A DNA stretch of 62,396 nucleotides, counting the filler, from Chiloscyllium plagiosum (lineage: Eukaryota): the NCBI RefSeq assembly GCF_004010195.1. It is 3 parts of one record of this genome, joined end to end, with 100 filler letters (N's around TTAATTAATTAA, not from the genome) between each part and the next. Parts side by side here need not be neighbours in the genome. Positions count along the whole stretch, not along the records: positions 27,034 to 56,256 come from NC_057710.1; positions 56,357 to 62,396 come from NC_057710.1; 1 more part is not named here. One strand, 5' to 3'. The translations under genes were made by a program, and so were the position numbers. Under the pieces are notes generated by a model. That model did no database searches. It was not told where the DNA came from and worked only from the letters and a program-made list of their open reading frames with translations. Below, one piece after another: positions 50,144-62,396 of the stretch (position 1 is the first letter of the stretch; each line of letters begins with the position of its first letter).

Positions 50144-51083
50144 GCTGTGATTGGTATTCTGGGAACATATGCTACTTTGTCTCTTTTTTTCAATTTGTAA
50201 CAGAATATTTTGGAATTTATGTGATTATGTTTATGTGATTATTGCATGTTTAAAACCTTTTAAATTGTATTGTTAGTATGTACTTTGAATTATTTTACAT
50301 TTTATTTTTCATTTATTTCATCCCGAGCTTCCATTTTATGGTTAAGGTAACAGTTGCAGCATTGTGTTGCAGTTAGAAACCACCTTGTTAAAGTCAAATT
50401 AACTAAAACCATTAAGTGTCAAGCCAGGTTCTTGTCTGGAATCTGACTGCTTTGGTAATATCACGAGAATGCACTCAGTTTTGATGGTTTCCAGACTCCA
50501 AGCATTGCAAACATTAACTTTTCAAGTTAGTTTGAATACCAAAATCACAAATGAACTGTATTTCCTCAGTTCAACAAGACACAGAAATGTTCTTCTCCCT
50601 GACCCTAGTTCTGACCCTATCAGAGCAGCCTGGACAGACATTCTCCGCTCTCAGTTGCATTATGGCTGCAGCTGCCTATTTAGCAATTCAGATTTGTTTT
50701 GGAATATTTAAACACAATAAACCTTCATTATTTTATGACTGTGCCATTACAAATTGATAGAGAATAACCATCTGGAGACTCAAGGCCTCAGCTTTCTAGT
50801 TGGATTTTCATTAATTATCTGTTCTGGCATTTTCAGTCAATTGACTGGACACCAACAGGGTTCTTGTTAATTGACAGTGAAGTGAGCTGCCTCTCAGAGC
50901 CCCTTGCTACCAATTCTGTCTTTTCTTACCTATCAGACTGCTACTGCTGGGACATCCCCCATTATTTTCCGCTAAGTTTTTACAGAAAAAAACAGACTAT
51001 GAGTTGTCACATGAGTGGAGGTTTCTCCTGGGGCTGTGCCTGACTGCACTAATCAACTGAGCAATGGGAAAAACAGAAATTGC

Positions 51084-51186
51084 GGCGGTGAAAAGCGTGG
51101 CGCTGGAGAAAGTAAAGCAGATCAGGGAGCATCCAAGGTCTTTTCTGACTCTGAATCTCAAGCATCTGCAGTCCTCACTTTCTCTC
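51084..51186. mobile_element. Internally deleted PLE family B element
   Basis: 12-bp target duplication AACAGAAATTGC on both sides. Confidence 0.65.
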
Positions 51187-51649
51187 AACAGAAATTGCAG
51201 CCTGACCCAAGAAAATCTCACTCTCTAAGAAACCGTAGATTACAGGGACTTATAGCAAGTCCACATTATTCTAATTTCATTTTGATTAACATATCCAAGA
51301 GGAATGTAAAGCAAGGTGAAGTAACTTCTGGTCTAAGCTTGATATTTTTCTTGCTGGTTGATTCTTCTTCGAATGGGAAGAGTTTAAAAATAAATGATGA
51401 ATGAGCAGAGCCTGTGATAAATAATGACTGTAGGTGTGGTTTCTGGGTTATGCAGCTTTAAAGAAAGATATGTTGCCAGTACTCATATGGGCTTTGAAAT
51501 CATTGTGTAATGGCAAAGAAAGGCAGGGAAGGGATAAGGGAGGGAAGTTGCCAAAGCAAGCAATATTGCAGAAAAATATTTAAAGGACACTTCTGAAAGA
51601 ATATGGCAAAGAATATTGCTCAGAATTACGAACCTTACAACCTACCTCG

Positions 51650-51830
51650 GTGTCAGCCTTATATTAGCAGTGTTGTGACTGAGTCTGAAGTTAGGGATTG
51701 AAATCTCCATTCCGGGATTCAAACACAAAACCCCAGGCAATGTTCCAGTGCAGTAGGGAGGGGATGCTACCCTATCTCAGATGCAGTCTTTTGAATGAAA
51801 CATTAAAGTGACCCCCCCACCTCTCAGTCA
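51650..51830 (+). mobile_element. Ancient Deu-domain SINE remnant (SacSINE1/AmnSINE1-like)
   Basis: TCCAGTGCAGTAGGGAGGGGATGCT..ATGCAGTCTTTTGAATGAAACATTAAA resembles the Deu core. Confidence 0.55.
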
Positions 51831-53196
51831 TTTACCTGAATCATTGGGCAGAATCTGACAGCGGTATGAGTGACATGGACTGTGGCAGGATGTGTAACAG
51901 AATTGAATGGGAAGACAGGCTTGGTGTTCCAGTTTTTCTGCTTTTCACAAGTGATGTTTTGAGTGGTCAGTGATGAGTTGCCATTTAAGGGGGATTATAT
52001 CTTGTTAAATGCCTTAGTAATGCCACAATTGTACTCATTAACGTTCAGCTTCCTATTTGACCAAACTTGGCAAACAAACTCAACATCAGGAGCACTTGCC
52101 ATGGAAACCAAGGCAGGAATCTGTTTCATTCACCTTACTGCTTGCTCCAACAGACTTCCATATTGAACCTTGCACATTAACATTTCAGGGCATACTCCAT
52201 GGGCACTGTTTACATGCACCCCACTTCTATAGTCAGTGGCATCTGATGTTTGCCAGCCTTTAAGAACCCTCATAGTGCATCTCTGATCCACTTACAGGAC
52301 ACTACCATAGTTCAATGCTGAACATGTAGCTACCGTTGTAATGCTTCAGCAAGGGCACCATGTGCTCAAGGACACACACTCAGCTGATCTTTCGGTAGAT
52401 ATCTGATAACTGACAAATTGTTCCAGAAATGACACGTGAGAAGATCAGAATAAAATCAGACATGAGGGACACCATGGGGCGGGGGCTAGTAATTAATAAG
52501 GTGAGTTTGGAAAGATACAATGAAAGTCTTGCTGAGCTATACGGTGAGAATCTCCACAAAAAAAACACTCAACGCAATTCAGCCAATAAACCATAGCTTC
52601 AACCCATTAACTCCACAAATGCTGCCTCACCTGTTTGCAGTACTTTTAAAAAAAATAATTCATGGTTTCAGCATCTACAATATTCAACTCTTGTTTTAGA
52701 AGGATATGTTGATGGGGATTTGATCAGAAGGGTGATGAAATGTTTGCGTGGACCATAAATCTGCTGGGCTGAACAAGCTGTATCTGTGTGACAGTAGAAT
52801 ATTCCAGATAATCAGCCACAGAAGATCCAGTATCCTTCCTTACTTGCTTATATTTCTAACCTTTTTTTGGAACTTAATATCTTTATGCGGCATTGCACAA
52901 GTAGTTGAGATATTCTGTTGACAAGAACGTGTTTTAAGAATGTAGAGAAATGTAATTTAATGAAGTATTCTGCTGAGATAAAACTATTTTCTGAAAATTG
53001 CCTTTTCTCAGCATGCGTTTATTTCTAGCAATCCAACGTTGTGTTATTGCAGGCAATCAGACAGACCCAAATCAGCACACTGTTTTACAGATAATGCTTG
53101 CTGCTGTGTTTAACTGTAGGCACATTGTTTTCATTTTTGCAGTGATGTGACACACGATATTAGGTATCTGATGTTGAAGTTCTGCCTTCTCTGCAG

Positions 53197-53342
53197 GCAT
53201 TGCCCTCAGTGCCCTTCCTATGTACTTGGGTGAAATCTCACCGAAGCAAATCCGTGGCTCCCTAGGGCAGATCACATCCATTTTCATCTGTGTTGGTGTC
53301 TTTGTTGGTCAGATCTTGGGACTTCCGGAGATACTTGGCAAG
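53197..53342 (+). CDS. SLC2A9: GLUT9-like transporter, internal exon (146 bp; TM4-TM5)
   Basis: CTCTGCAG| (G)[54 protein letters not shown]. Sugar-transporter PMY.GEISP..RG motif and GLUT9-type IFIC. Confidence 0.93.
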
Positions 53343-54206
53343 GTTTGTGAACTTGACTTCTCGATTACAACATTGCAGTGACTTCTGTTCAAATTCCTTT
53401 GTGCCCCAATTGCTCTGTGTAGTTATGCAGAAGACGTAATTATTGAAAATGTGCATGTGACTTTATTGTATGTAATGATCTGAGCAATTCCTCTTCATTC
53501 TGTTTATTTGCTAACTCAGCCAGGTGGTTACATGCCTGAGAAGTAATACTCAATATTTAAGGATAATTAGAAGTCAACAAAAAAACTCCCAAATTACCAC
53601 TGTCTTGTCCAATCGATCAAAATTTTCCAGAACTGTCGCAAAAAAAAACAGTAGGATTTGTACCTCAACTGATTTCTCCTAAACCCACCAACAAGGTTGC
53701 CAATGAGAGGAAGTGATTTTCAAATGGATTAAACTATTGGGCCAGGATTTTCTGTACCAGGTGCCTAATGGTATTGGTCCTAAACTTGGATGTGACCCTT
53801 CAATGTTCACATTGAAAAGGCTTTGCCCACTAAATGGCTGAGAGTGTGTGGTTAAAATGGCAGAGTGATGATAACAGCACACCTGAGCAGAATAACCAAC
53901 ACTCCTTAACTAAACAGATTTAAGGACTGAGAATGAACTGACAAAGAACGTGAATTAAGGAGAGTGAGTTCTACATTGAACAAATCACAGAAAGAAAAAT
54001 AGAGTGAAAAGAAATTGAATTGAGAGAATTTTAAAAATTTAAATGTTAGAAAAAGCAGAATTTGTCATTTTAACATTTTTATAATCTCTGATAAACCTAA
54101 AGCCTGAAGGAATGAGACTCCATATTTGTAATAATTATTGTCTGATACAGAGAGTTTGATTAGCAATCATTAACATTGTTAAAGCAATACTTGGGTTTGT
54201 GATAAC

Positions 54207-54408
54207 GAGAAAGTGAGGATTGCAGATGCTGGAGATCAGAGCTAAAAATGTGTTGCTGGAAAAGCACAGCAGGTCAGGCAGCATCCAAGGAGCAGGAGAA
54301 TCGATGTTTCGGGCATAAGCCTGAAGAAGGGCTCATGCCCGAAACGTCGATTCTCCTGCTCCTTGGATGCTGCCTGACCTGCTGCGCTTTTCCAGCAACA
54401 CATTTTCA
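54207..54408. mobile_element. Young palindromic PLE family B element
   Basis: Inverted arms around CTGAAGA-AGGGCTCATGCCC-GAAACGTC. 15-bp target duplication GTTTGTGATAACGAG at 54195-54209 and 54409-54423. Confidence 0.88.
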
Positions 54409-54432
54409 GTTTGTGATAACGAGGTAATTTTC

Positions 54433-54555
54433 TGGGGCTTATCTTGTGGTGCAGTGGTAGTGTCTCTACCCCTGGAACAGAATGCCTGTGTTCAAGTCTT
54501 ACATGCTCTAGGGGTATGTAACAATATATCTGAAGAGGGTTGATTAGAAAAATAG
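54433..54555 (+). mobile_element. Short tRNA-derived SINE-like remnant
   Basis: TGGTGCAGTGG A box and GTTCAAGTC B box. Similar decayed copy at about 8132-8235. Confidence 0.45.
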
Positions 54556-55974
54556 ATTGAATAAAAAGAAATCAAGAGGTAATTGTCTGCTGTAGGTTTA
54601 GTGGACAATTAATTGCCAAATATAGCAGGTGCTTTTGAAAATGGGGAGGGTTCAGAGATTGGTGCTGTGTTCACAAAGCTAAGAATGAACAGCTTCTTGG
54701 AATATTCTTATGTAATCAACCATCTGTTCCAAAGCAGCCATTGATAAATGCATAGTGGTGAGTACCATTAGCCTTGCAGTAAATTTAACAGTAAATTCTG
54801 GCAAATAATCTATTGTAGAATGAGCAGAAACAGCTTAATTTCTGAAACTTGCAGTAATGAAAGTAGCCTTATTACCGTTGGATAATTTACTTATATCTTC
54901 TCGATCTCTGTTTTTAAAAAATGGCAGCATTATAGATTGGACAGTCTTGCGTAATGCAGTTTCATGTGAAGTTACAATGAACTTTAACCTTCTTGGTTCC
55001 CTTTAGCTTTTGGCCTGCAGTGTTTCATTAATCGCTCAAAACGAGACTCTCTAATTTACCAGCTGTGAATTAATTTGAAAACTCTGCAAGATGTAGTATT
55101 TTCAACCTCCTTCTTGAAATTTCTTAGCATTTTCCCTCTATCCAGGTAGTGCAATGCTGATCCATTTGTAATAACAATGGTCTTTTACTCTTTACTGCTG
55201 AAGCTGCAATTTTGTTTGAATAATTTGCCATCATTCACCCATGGGAAGGATTTACACATATCTTGGCTTGGGTCTAGAAACCACTGGATCTGGTATGAAT
55301 CAGGAAATACTTTGATTTTCAGAATGCTGGACTGGGGATGATGATTGATGGAAAACTTTTTAATGTGTTGGCCAATATTATAACTCAGGGTGTAGTTGGA
55401 GCTATGTTGGTCAAAGTGGCTCTGCCCCTTCACCCCCAGCTCCTGCAGGGTGAGATCTGAGATTTTAACTCATTGTCATACACATCATGACAATAATTCT
55501 GAGCTAGTGGTGTTTTGAGGGACATCACCACAGGCTGCAGAGTGCAAAATAATTAAGGGCAACACACTGGTATCAAAGTTGCATAGAAAATCTTGGCATA
55601 TCGAAATTGGTCCAATTTTTACTATTGCTCTGGTTATCTGTCTGATAGTCCAAATACAGTCTCTCTATGAAGTGAGTGGTTTACTACTTGCTCACTCGAC
55701 CAGTTTGTATGGGTGTGCTGATCTTGACTGTGTCTGGTCCAGGCCTGAGTCTGTCCCACAGTTTGTGTGTGAGACCTGTTGGGTTGGTCTGATACTTGCT
55801 TCTCCCACTGCTGGTTGGTCCATCTCCTTATACATTCATTCTGTTTACTGTCTCCTGAACATCTATAGTCTGTTTATCAAGCCCACTTGCCAGCTATCAG
55901 TTTCATGCATGGTCTAACCTACTGCATCTCATTCTGTGTCAATTTCACTTGTTGATTGTTCACTTTCCTGCTTT

Positions 55975-56256
55975 GGTAAAAACAATGACTGCAGATGCCG
56001 GAAACCAGATTCTGGATTAGTGGTGCTGGAAGAGCACAGCAGTTCAGGCAGCATCCAAGGAGCAGCGAAATCGACGTTTCGGGAAAAAGCCCTTCATCAG
56101 GAATAAAGGCAGTGAGCCTGAAGCGTGGAGAGATAAGCTAGAGGAGGGTGGGGGTGGGGAGAAAGTAGCATAGAGTACAATGGGTGAGTGGGGGAGGGGA
56201 TGAAGGTGATAGGTCAGGGAGGAGAGGGTGGAGTGGATAGGTGGAAAAGGAGATAG
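55975..56256 (-). mobile_element. Penelope-like family B end, cut by the gap
   Basis: Terminal repeat plus G-rich segment. Confidence 0.8.
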
Positions 56257-56356
56257 NNNNNNNNNNNNNNNNNNNNNNNNNNNNNNNNNNNNNNNNNNNN
56301 TTAATTAATTAANNNNNNNNNNNNNNNNNNNNNNNNNNNNNNNNNNNNNNNNNNNN
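56257..56356. other. Artificial contig linker N44-TTAATTAATTAA-N44
   Basis: Identical to 26934-27033. Confidence 0.92.
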
Positions 56357-56730
56357 GTGTGTGTAGTGCAATGGTGATCACCTGTAATGTGACATGAACC
56401 CAAGGTCCCGGTTGAGGCCCTCCCTATGGGTACCGAACTTAGCTATCAGCCTCTGCTCAGCCACTTTCCTCTGCTGCCTGTCCCGAAGTCCACCTTGGAG
56501 GATGGTCACCCGAAGGTCCGAGGCTGAATGTCCTGGACCACTGAAGTGTTCCCCAACTGGGAGGGAACCCTCCTGTCTGTTCTTCAATGTATAATTTCAG
56601 TTACATCACACTGCAAATTTTTGCTATAAATTGTGTGTTACGATCGAGCCCTCCACAATCACCTGATGAAGGAGCGTCGCTCCAAAAGCTAGTGTGCTTC
56701 CAATTAAACCTGTTGTGTGATTTTTAACTT
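56357..56730 (-). mobile_element. Penelope-like element: GIY-YIG endonuclease C-terminus plus inverted family C terminal repeat
   Basis: ORF 56378-56587 has PVGEHFSGPGHSASDLRVTIL...RKVAEQRLIAKFGTHREGLN. Confidence 0.85.
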
Positions 56731-57265
56731 CATGATTTTATAAACCTCTATAAGGTCACCCCTCAGCCCTCAATGCTCCAGGGGAAATAACCCCAGCCTA
56801 TTCAGCCTCTCCCTATAGCTCAAACCCTCCAGCCCTGGCAACATCCTTGCAAATCTTATCTGCAACTTCTCAAATTTAACATACTTCCTATAGCAGGGAG
56901 ACTAGAATTGAATGCTGTATTCCAAAAGTGGCCTAACTAATGTACAGCTGCAAAATGACATTTCAACTTCTGTACTCAAAGCACTGACCATATTTTTAAA
57001 GTGAGGGGAGAAAGATTTTAAAAAAAGGAGTAACTATTTTACACAGAGAGTGATTGGTGTGTGGAATGAGTTTCCATAGGAAGTGGTGAATGCAGTATAG
57101 TTACAGCACTTAAGGAACATTTTGACAAATACATGAATAAGAAATATTTGAAGGGATTTGGGGCCAGGAGCATCAGGTGGGACTAGTTTAGTTTGGGATT
57201 AAGGCCAGCATGGAGTGGTTGAACCAACTGGCCTATTTCAATGCTGCCTGACTCTATGACTATGA
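56731..57265. mobile_element. Two CR1 3' fragments in opposite orientation
   Basis: 56731-56990 is on minus (ACCTCTATAAGGTCACCCCTCAG). 56991-57265 is on plus and ends ACTCTATGACTATGA. Confidence 0.75.
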
Positions 57266-57975
57266 CACTGAATATTTGAACAATTTGTTGCACTCTGTTT
57301 CTGAGTGGCTGCCACTAGAGGGAAATGGAGCATTTATTTGACCACGATGCAAGTTGAGAGTTCTGTGGCTGCCAGTCCCACCTACACTTCCCTCTAGTGG
57401 CTGACACTAAAAATGTTTTCTTTCTCCTGCTCCAATGAAACAAAGACTGAAATGTTTGAAATATTCAGCAAGTCATTCAGCAACTGATAAAAAAGGTAAA
57501 CCTGCCAAGTCCAGCCATACTATCAACACCAACTTTCAAGTAGGAAAAGGTTCCTACTAACATTCCATGGTTACAATATTAGGACAAAACTTTCTTGAAA
57601 TATTCAACAGGTCATGTTGCATCTGGGGAGAGCAAAGCAGAGTTGAATCTCATGTTTTATTGGCTAAGTGCCAGTTGAATCTAGTTTTTTGGAGGACTTT
57701 TTGCCCGCTCTATGGTTTCCCACTCACCCACTTCTATTCCACTCTTACCCAGAGCATTTCCCAAAATGACTAAGTGCTCAGCAGATATCCACGAAAAGAC
57801 TGGCACCTCGTGTGCCCACACTATCTTTAAAATGAGCTGAGCACCCAGACAAAGGATGACAATCTGTCATTACTCCTCACAGCAGCCACAAAATCTCTCT
57901 GCTTGTGACACTCGTTCACACACACACAACCCCATTCTCTCACCTGTAATGTGGGGCAAAAATCCCCATCAGATA

Positions 57976-60900
57976 CATAGAACATAGAACATTACAGCGC
58001 AGTACCAGCCCTTCGGCCATCAATGTTGCACCAACTTGTGGAATCAATCTGAAGACTATCTATCCTATGCTATTCCATTTTCATTCATATGTTTATCCAA
58101 TGACTATTTAAATGCACTTAAAGTTGGCGAGCCTACTATTGTTGCAGGCAGTGCATTCCAGGACCCATTCGTCTCTGAGTAAAGAAACTACCTCTGACAT
58201 CTGTCCTATATCTATCACCCCTCAATTTAAAGCTATGTACCCTCGTGCTAGCCATCACCATCTGAGGAAAAAGGCTGTCACTGTCCACCTATCTAACCCT
58301 CTGATTATCTTAAGCCTCAATTAAGTCACCACTCAAGCTTCTTCTCTCTAATGAAAACAGCCTCAATTCCCTTAGCCTTTCCTTACAAGTCCTTCCCTCC
58401 ATACCAGGCAACATCCCAGTAAATCTCCTCTGAACCCTTTCCAAAACTTCCACATCATTCCCATCATGCAGTGACTGAACTGTATGCAATACTGCCACAT
58501 CAGAGTTTCGTACAGCTGCATGACCTTGTGGCTCTGAAACTCAATCCTCTACCAATAAAAGCTAACACACAATATGCCTTCTTAACAACCCTAACAATCT
58601 GGGTGGCAACTTCCATGGATCTATGTACATGGACACTAAGATCTCTCTGCTCATGTACACTGCCAAGGATCTTACCATTAGCCCAGTTCTCTTTATTCCT
58701 GTTGCTCGTTCCAAAGTGAATCACCTCACACTTTTCCACTTTAAACTCCATTTGCCACCTCTTAGCCCAGCTCTGCAGCTTATCCATGACCCTCTGTGAC
58801 CTGCAATATCCTTTGGCACGGTCCACAACTCCACCGACCTTAGTGTCATCCACAAATTTACCAATCCATCCTTCTATGCACTCATCAAGGACATTTATTA
58901 AAATGACAAACAGCAGTGGACCCAAAACAGATCCTTCTGGTACATCTGAACTCCAGGATGAACATTTCCCATCAACCACCACCATCTGTCATCTTTCAGC
59001 TAGCCAATTTCCAATCCAAACCACTAAATTACCTTCAATCCCATGCCTCCATATTTTGTGCAATAGCCTATGGTGGGAGTCATTCTCAAACGTCTTACTG
59101 AAATCTATATACACCATATCAACTGCTTTACCCTCATCCACTTGTTTGGTCACTATCTCAAAGAACTCAATAAGGTTGTGAGGCACGACCTACCTTTCAC
59201 ACAACTGTGTTGACTATGTCTAATCAACTTATTCCTTTCCAGATGATTATAAATCCTATTTCTTATAACCTTTTCCAACACTTTATCCACAACCAAAGTA
59301 AGGCTCACTGGTCTATTACTACCAGAGTTGTCTCTACTCCTCTTCCTGAACAAAGGGACAACATTTGCTATCACCCCGTCTTCTGGCACTATTCTTGTAG
59401 ACAAAGACAACAAAGGCTCTGCAATCTCCTCCCTGGCTTCCCAGAGAATCCTAGGATAACTCTCATGCAGCCCAGGGTACTTATCTATTTTCACATAATC
59501 CAGAATTGCTAATACCTCCTCCTTGTGAACCTCAATCCCGTCTAGTCTAGTAGCCTGTATTCTCCTTGACAACATTGCCCTTTTCCAGTGTGAATGCCAA
59601 TGAAAAATATTGATTTAGCACTTCCTATACCTGCTCAGACTCACGCACAACTTCCCACTACTGTCCTTGTTTGGCCCTAATCTTACTCTTGTCATTCTTT
59701 TATTCCTGATATATCGATAGAAAGCTTTAGGATTTTCCTTGATCCTTCCCTGGCTCTTCTTAGTTCTCTCTTTAGGTCTTTCCTGGCTAGCTTATAGCTC
59801 TCAAACACTCTAATTTAGCCTTCACATCTCATCCGAATATAAGCCTTCTTCCTCTTGACAAGAGATTCAACTTCCTTAGTAAACTAAGGCTCCCATGTTC
59901 AACAACTTCCTCCTTGCCTGACAGGTGCATACTTATCAAGGAGATGCAGTTGTTGTTCCTTGAATAAGCTCCACATTTCAATTGTGCCCATCCCTTGCAG
60001 TTTCCTTCTCCATCTGATGCATCCTAAATCTTGCCTAATCGCATCATAACTAACCTTTCCCCCAGTTAGAATTCTTGCCCTGCTGTATATACCTATCCCT
60101 TTCCATCATTTAAAGTAAGCATTACCAAATTGTGGTCACTATCACCTACATCCAAATCTAACACCTGGCCAGGTTCATTACCCAGAACCAAATCCAATGT
60201 GGCCATGCCCCTTGTTGGCCTATCTACATGCTGTGTCAGGAAACCCTCCTGCACACATGGACAAAAACTGACCCATCTAAAGTACTTGAACTATAGTAGT
60301 CCCAGTCAATATTTGGAAAGTTAAATACCCCCGTAATAACTACCCTGTTACTCCCGCTCCTGTCCAGAATCATCTTTGCTATCCTTTCCTTTACATCTCT
60401 GGAACTACTCGGAGGTCAATAGAAAACTCCCAACAGAGTAACCTCTCCTTTCCTGTTTCTGACCTCAGCCCATACTACCTCGATAGTCGAGTCCTCAAAC
60501 ATCCTTTCTGCCACCGTAATACTATCCTTGATTAGCAATGCCACACCTCCCCCTCTTTTACCATCTTCCCTGTTCTTACTGAAACATCTAAACCCCAGAA
60601 CCTGCAACATACATTCCTGACCCTGCTCTATCCATGTCTTCGAAATGGCCACAATATCGAACTCTCAGGTACCAACTCATGCTGCAAGTTCACCCACCTT
60701 CAAGCACCTCCTGCTTGCCGGTGAACTCTTGCAACCTTGAAACCATATTACTGACCTCACTAATCTCAACCTCCTGGACACTGAAACTACAAGTTAGGTT
60801 CCCATCTCCCTGTTGAATTAGTTTAAACCGTCTCGAACAGCATTAGCAAATTTCCTCCCACCCCAGGATATTGGTATCCCTCTGGTTCAGGTGTACACAA

Positions 60901-61245
60901 TCCTGTTTGTAGAGGTCCCACCTACCCCAGAATGAGCCCCAATTATCCAGGTATCTGAATCCCTCCCTCCTGCACCATCCCTGTAGCCATGTCCTCAACT
61001 GCTCCCTCTCCCTATTCCTCACTTCACTAGCATGTGGCATGGGTAACAAACCAAAGATAACAACTCTGTTTGTTCTAGCTCTAAGCTTCCACCCAAGCTC
61101 CCTGAATTTCTGCCTTAAATTCCCATCCCTTTTCCTAGCTATGTCATTGGTGCCGATGTGGACCACGACTTGGGGTGCTCCCCCTCCACCTCAAGGATCT
61201 TGAAAACACGATCCAAGACATCAGGAACCCTGGCACCTGGGAGAT
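57976..61245 (-). mobile_element. Near full-length decayed CR1 LINE (ORF1 esterase, ORF2 APE-RT, 3' tail)
   Basis: VHIGTNDIA (60843-61166), KRGGGVALLIK, VPEGSVLGPLLF, KFVDDTK and a (CATAGAA)n tail. Confidence 0.93.
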
Positions 61246-62164
61246 ACTCTGGACCAAAACCTTCTGAACTTGGGACATGCGTCTGCATAATTCACACTTG
61301 AAGTAATGTTCACTATCTCTCTGACTGAGACAGACTAGGCAATATGCAAGGCTCGGAGCAGCTGTCCAGAACAGGGGGTTAGCTTGGACAGCTAAAGGAA
61401 GGCCCCCATGAACATCTCAGCTAAAGACAAGGAACACCAGCTTCAGTGCAAACAACTGAGTGGTTCTGGAACCTACAAAAATGCAATACCATTCAAATTT
61501 TAATCAGTTTGCTCGGCCGCAGTATTCCCAGTCAATATTTGGAAAGTTAAAGACCCCCAAAACAACTACCCTGTCACTCTCACTCCTATCCATTCCATAC
61601 TGGAATACTGAACATTTCACACTATAGTTCTACATGTCGCTGGCGTTGAGTTGGCCGGCATCTCGGCTCTCCGGTCGCCTTCAGTCACTTCTCATCAGAA
61701 CATGGAGCTTCAAGGGTGAGAAGATCATTTGTTGTCTTTCTTTTCCTGATTTGGAGACGCCGGTGTTGGACTGGGTGTACAAAGTTAAAAATCACACAAC
61801 ACTAGGTTGATGTTTGCCTTTAAATGTAAAGACCTTACATTACCAGCAAAACTTTAAACCTGCATCCATCCATCCATACTGGACATTCAACACAACAGAA
61901 ACCCATTCACTTGTATCACAGAGCCACTTACATCTCATCTAATAATCAGGAGGCCCATTAACCCCCGCGAGGAGCAACGACAGCTCAGTAATCAAATCCA
62001 GATTTGGCGGAAGATAAGGGGAACCAACAGTTGGTATAACTGGAGAACACCCATCTATCAAGGGGTTTTGATTCAGCCAGAGGTTCAACCAGAGTGGAGA
62101 GAATCAGACACAGCCAGTCCACAGTGGGTCACAGACTGTAACCATCATGGACTCAGGAAAAGAA

Positions 62165-62396
62165 GTTAAAAATCACACAACACCAGGTTATAGTCCAACA
62201 CGTTCTCACACTCCACAACCACCTGATGAAGAAGCAGCGCTCTGAAAGCTAGTGCTTCCAAATAAACCTGTTGGACTATCACCTGGTCATAGTCATAGAG
62301 TCATAGAGATGCACAGCATGGAAACAGACTCTTTGGTCCAACTTGTCCATGCCAACCAGATATCCCAACCCAATCTAGTCCCACCTGCCAGCACCC
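62165..62396. mobile_element. Palindromic PLE family C remnant followed by a CR1/HER1 3' end
   Basis: CTGATGA..GAAAGCTAGTG core at about 62223-62254. (AGTCATAG)n tail from about 62286. Confidence 0.75.

Noticed and set aside
51015..51404. 129-aa ORF in the intron
   Set aside because: It runs through a PLE insert and has no homology or splice support.

Overview
Eukaryotic, repeat-dense window from a shark or ray genome, inferred from HE1-type SINEs, HER1/CR1-type LINEs and shark Penelope-like elements. Two host genes lie on the + strand. (1) An LRAT-family (lecithin:retinol acyltransferase) gene: CCAAT/GC/TATA promoter and main coding exon at 13728-14183 with an intact His-His-Cys triad. It has no N-terminal hydrophobic segment, and I could not find its C-terminal exon in the window. 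(2) A GLUT9/SLC2A9-like transporter: three clean, phase-compatible internal exons (33828-33988, 45640-45764, 53197-53342) and a weak candidate first coding exon at 25136-25212. The rest is mostly transposon debris: many CR1 LINEs, a decayed Gypsy provirus with a solo LTR, a decayed Harbinger transposase, Rex1/Babar, Tx1, L2, HE1 and Deu-type SINEs, and at least three Penelope-like families with minimal hammerhead-ribozyme motifs. The most interesting observation is an old APE-RT LINE, in two copies, whose 5' end is a tRNA-like SINE head with no visible ORF1, alongside a short SINE made of the same head plus the LINE tail. Two N44-TTAATTAATTAA-N44 blocks are artificial contig linkers, so continuity across them is not assured. 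Repeat boundaries were read by eye and are approximate, and family names come from recalled motifs, not database searches.
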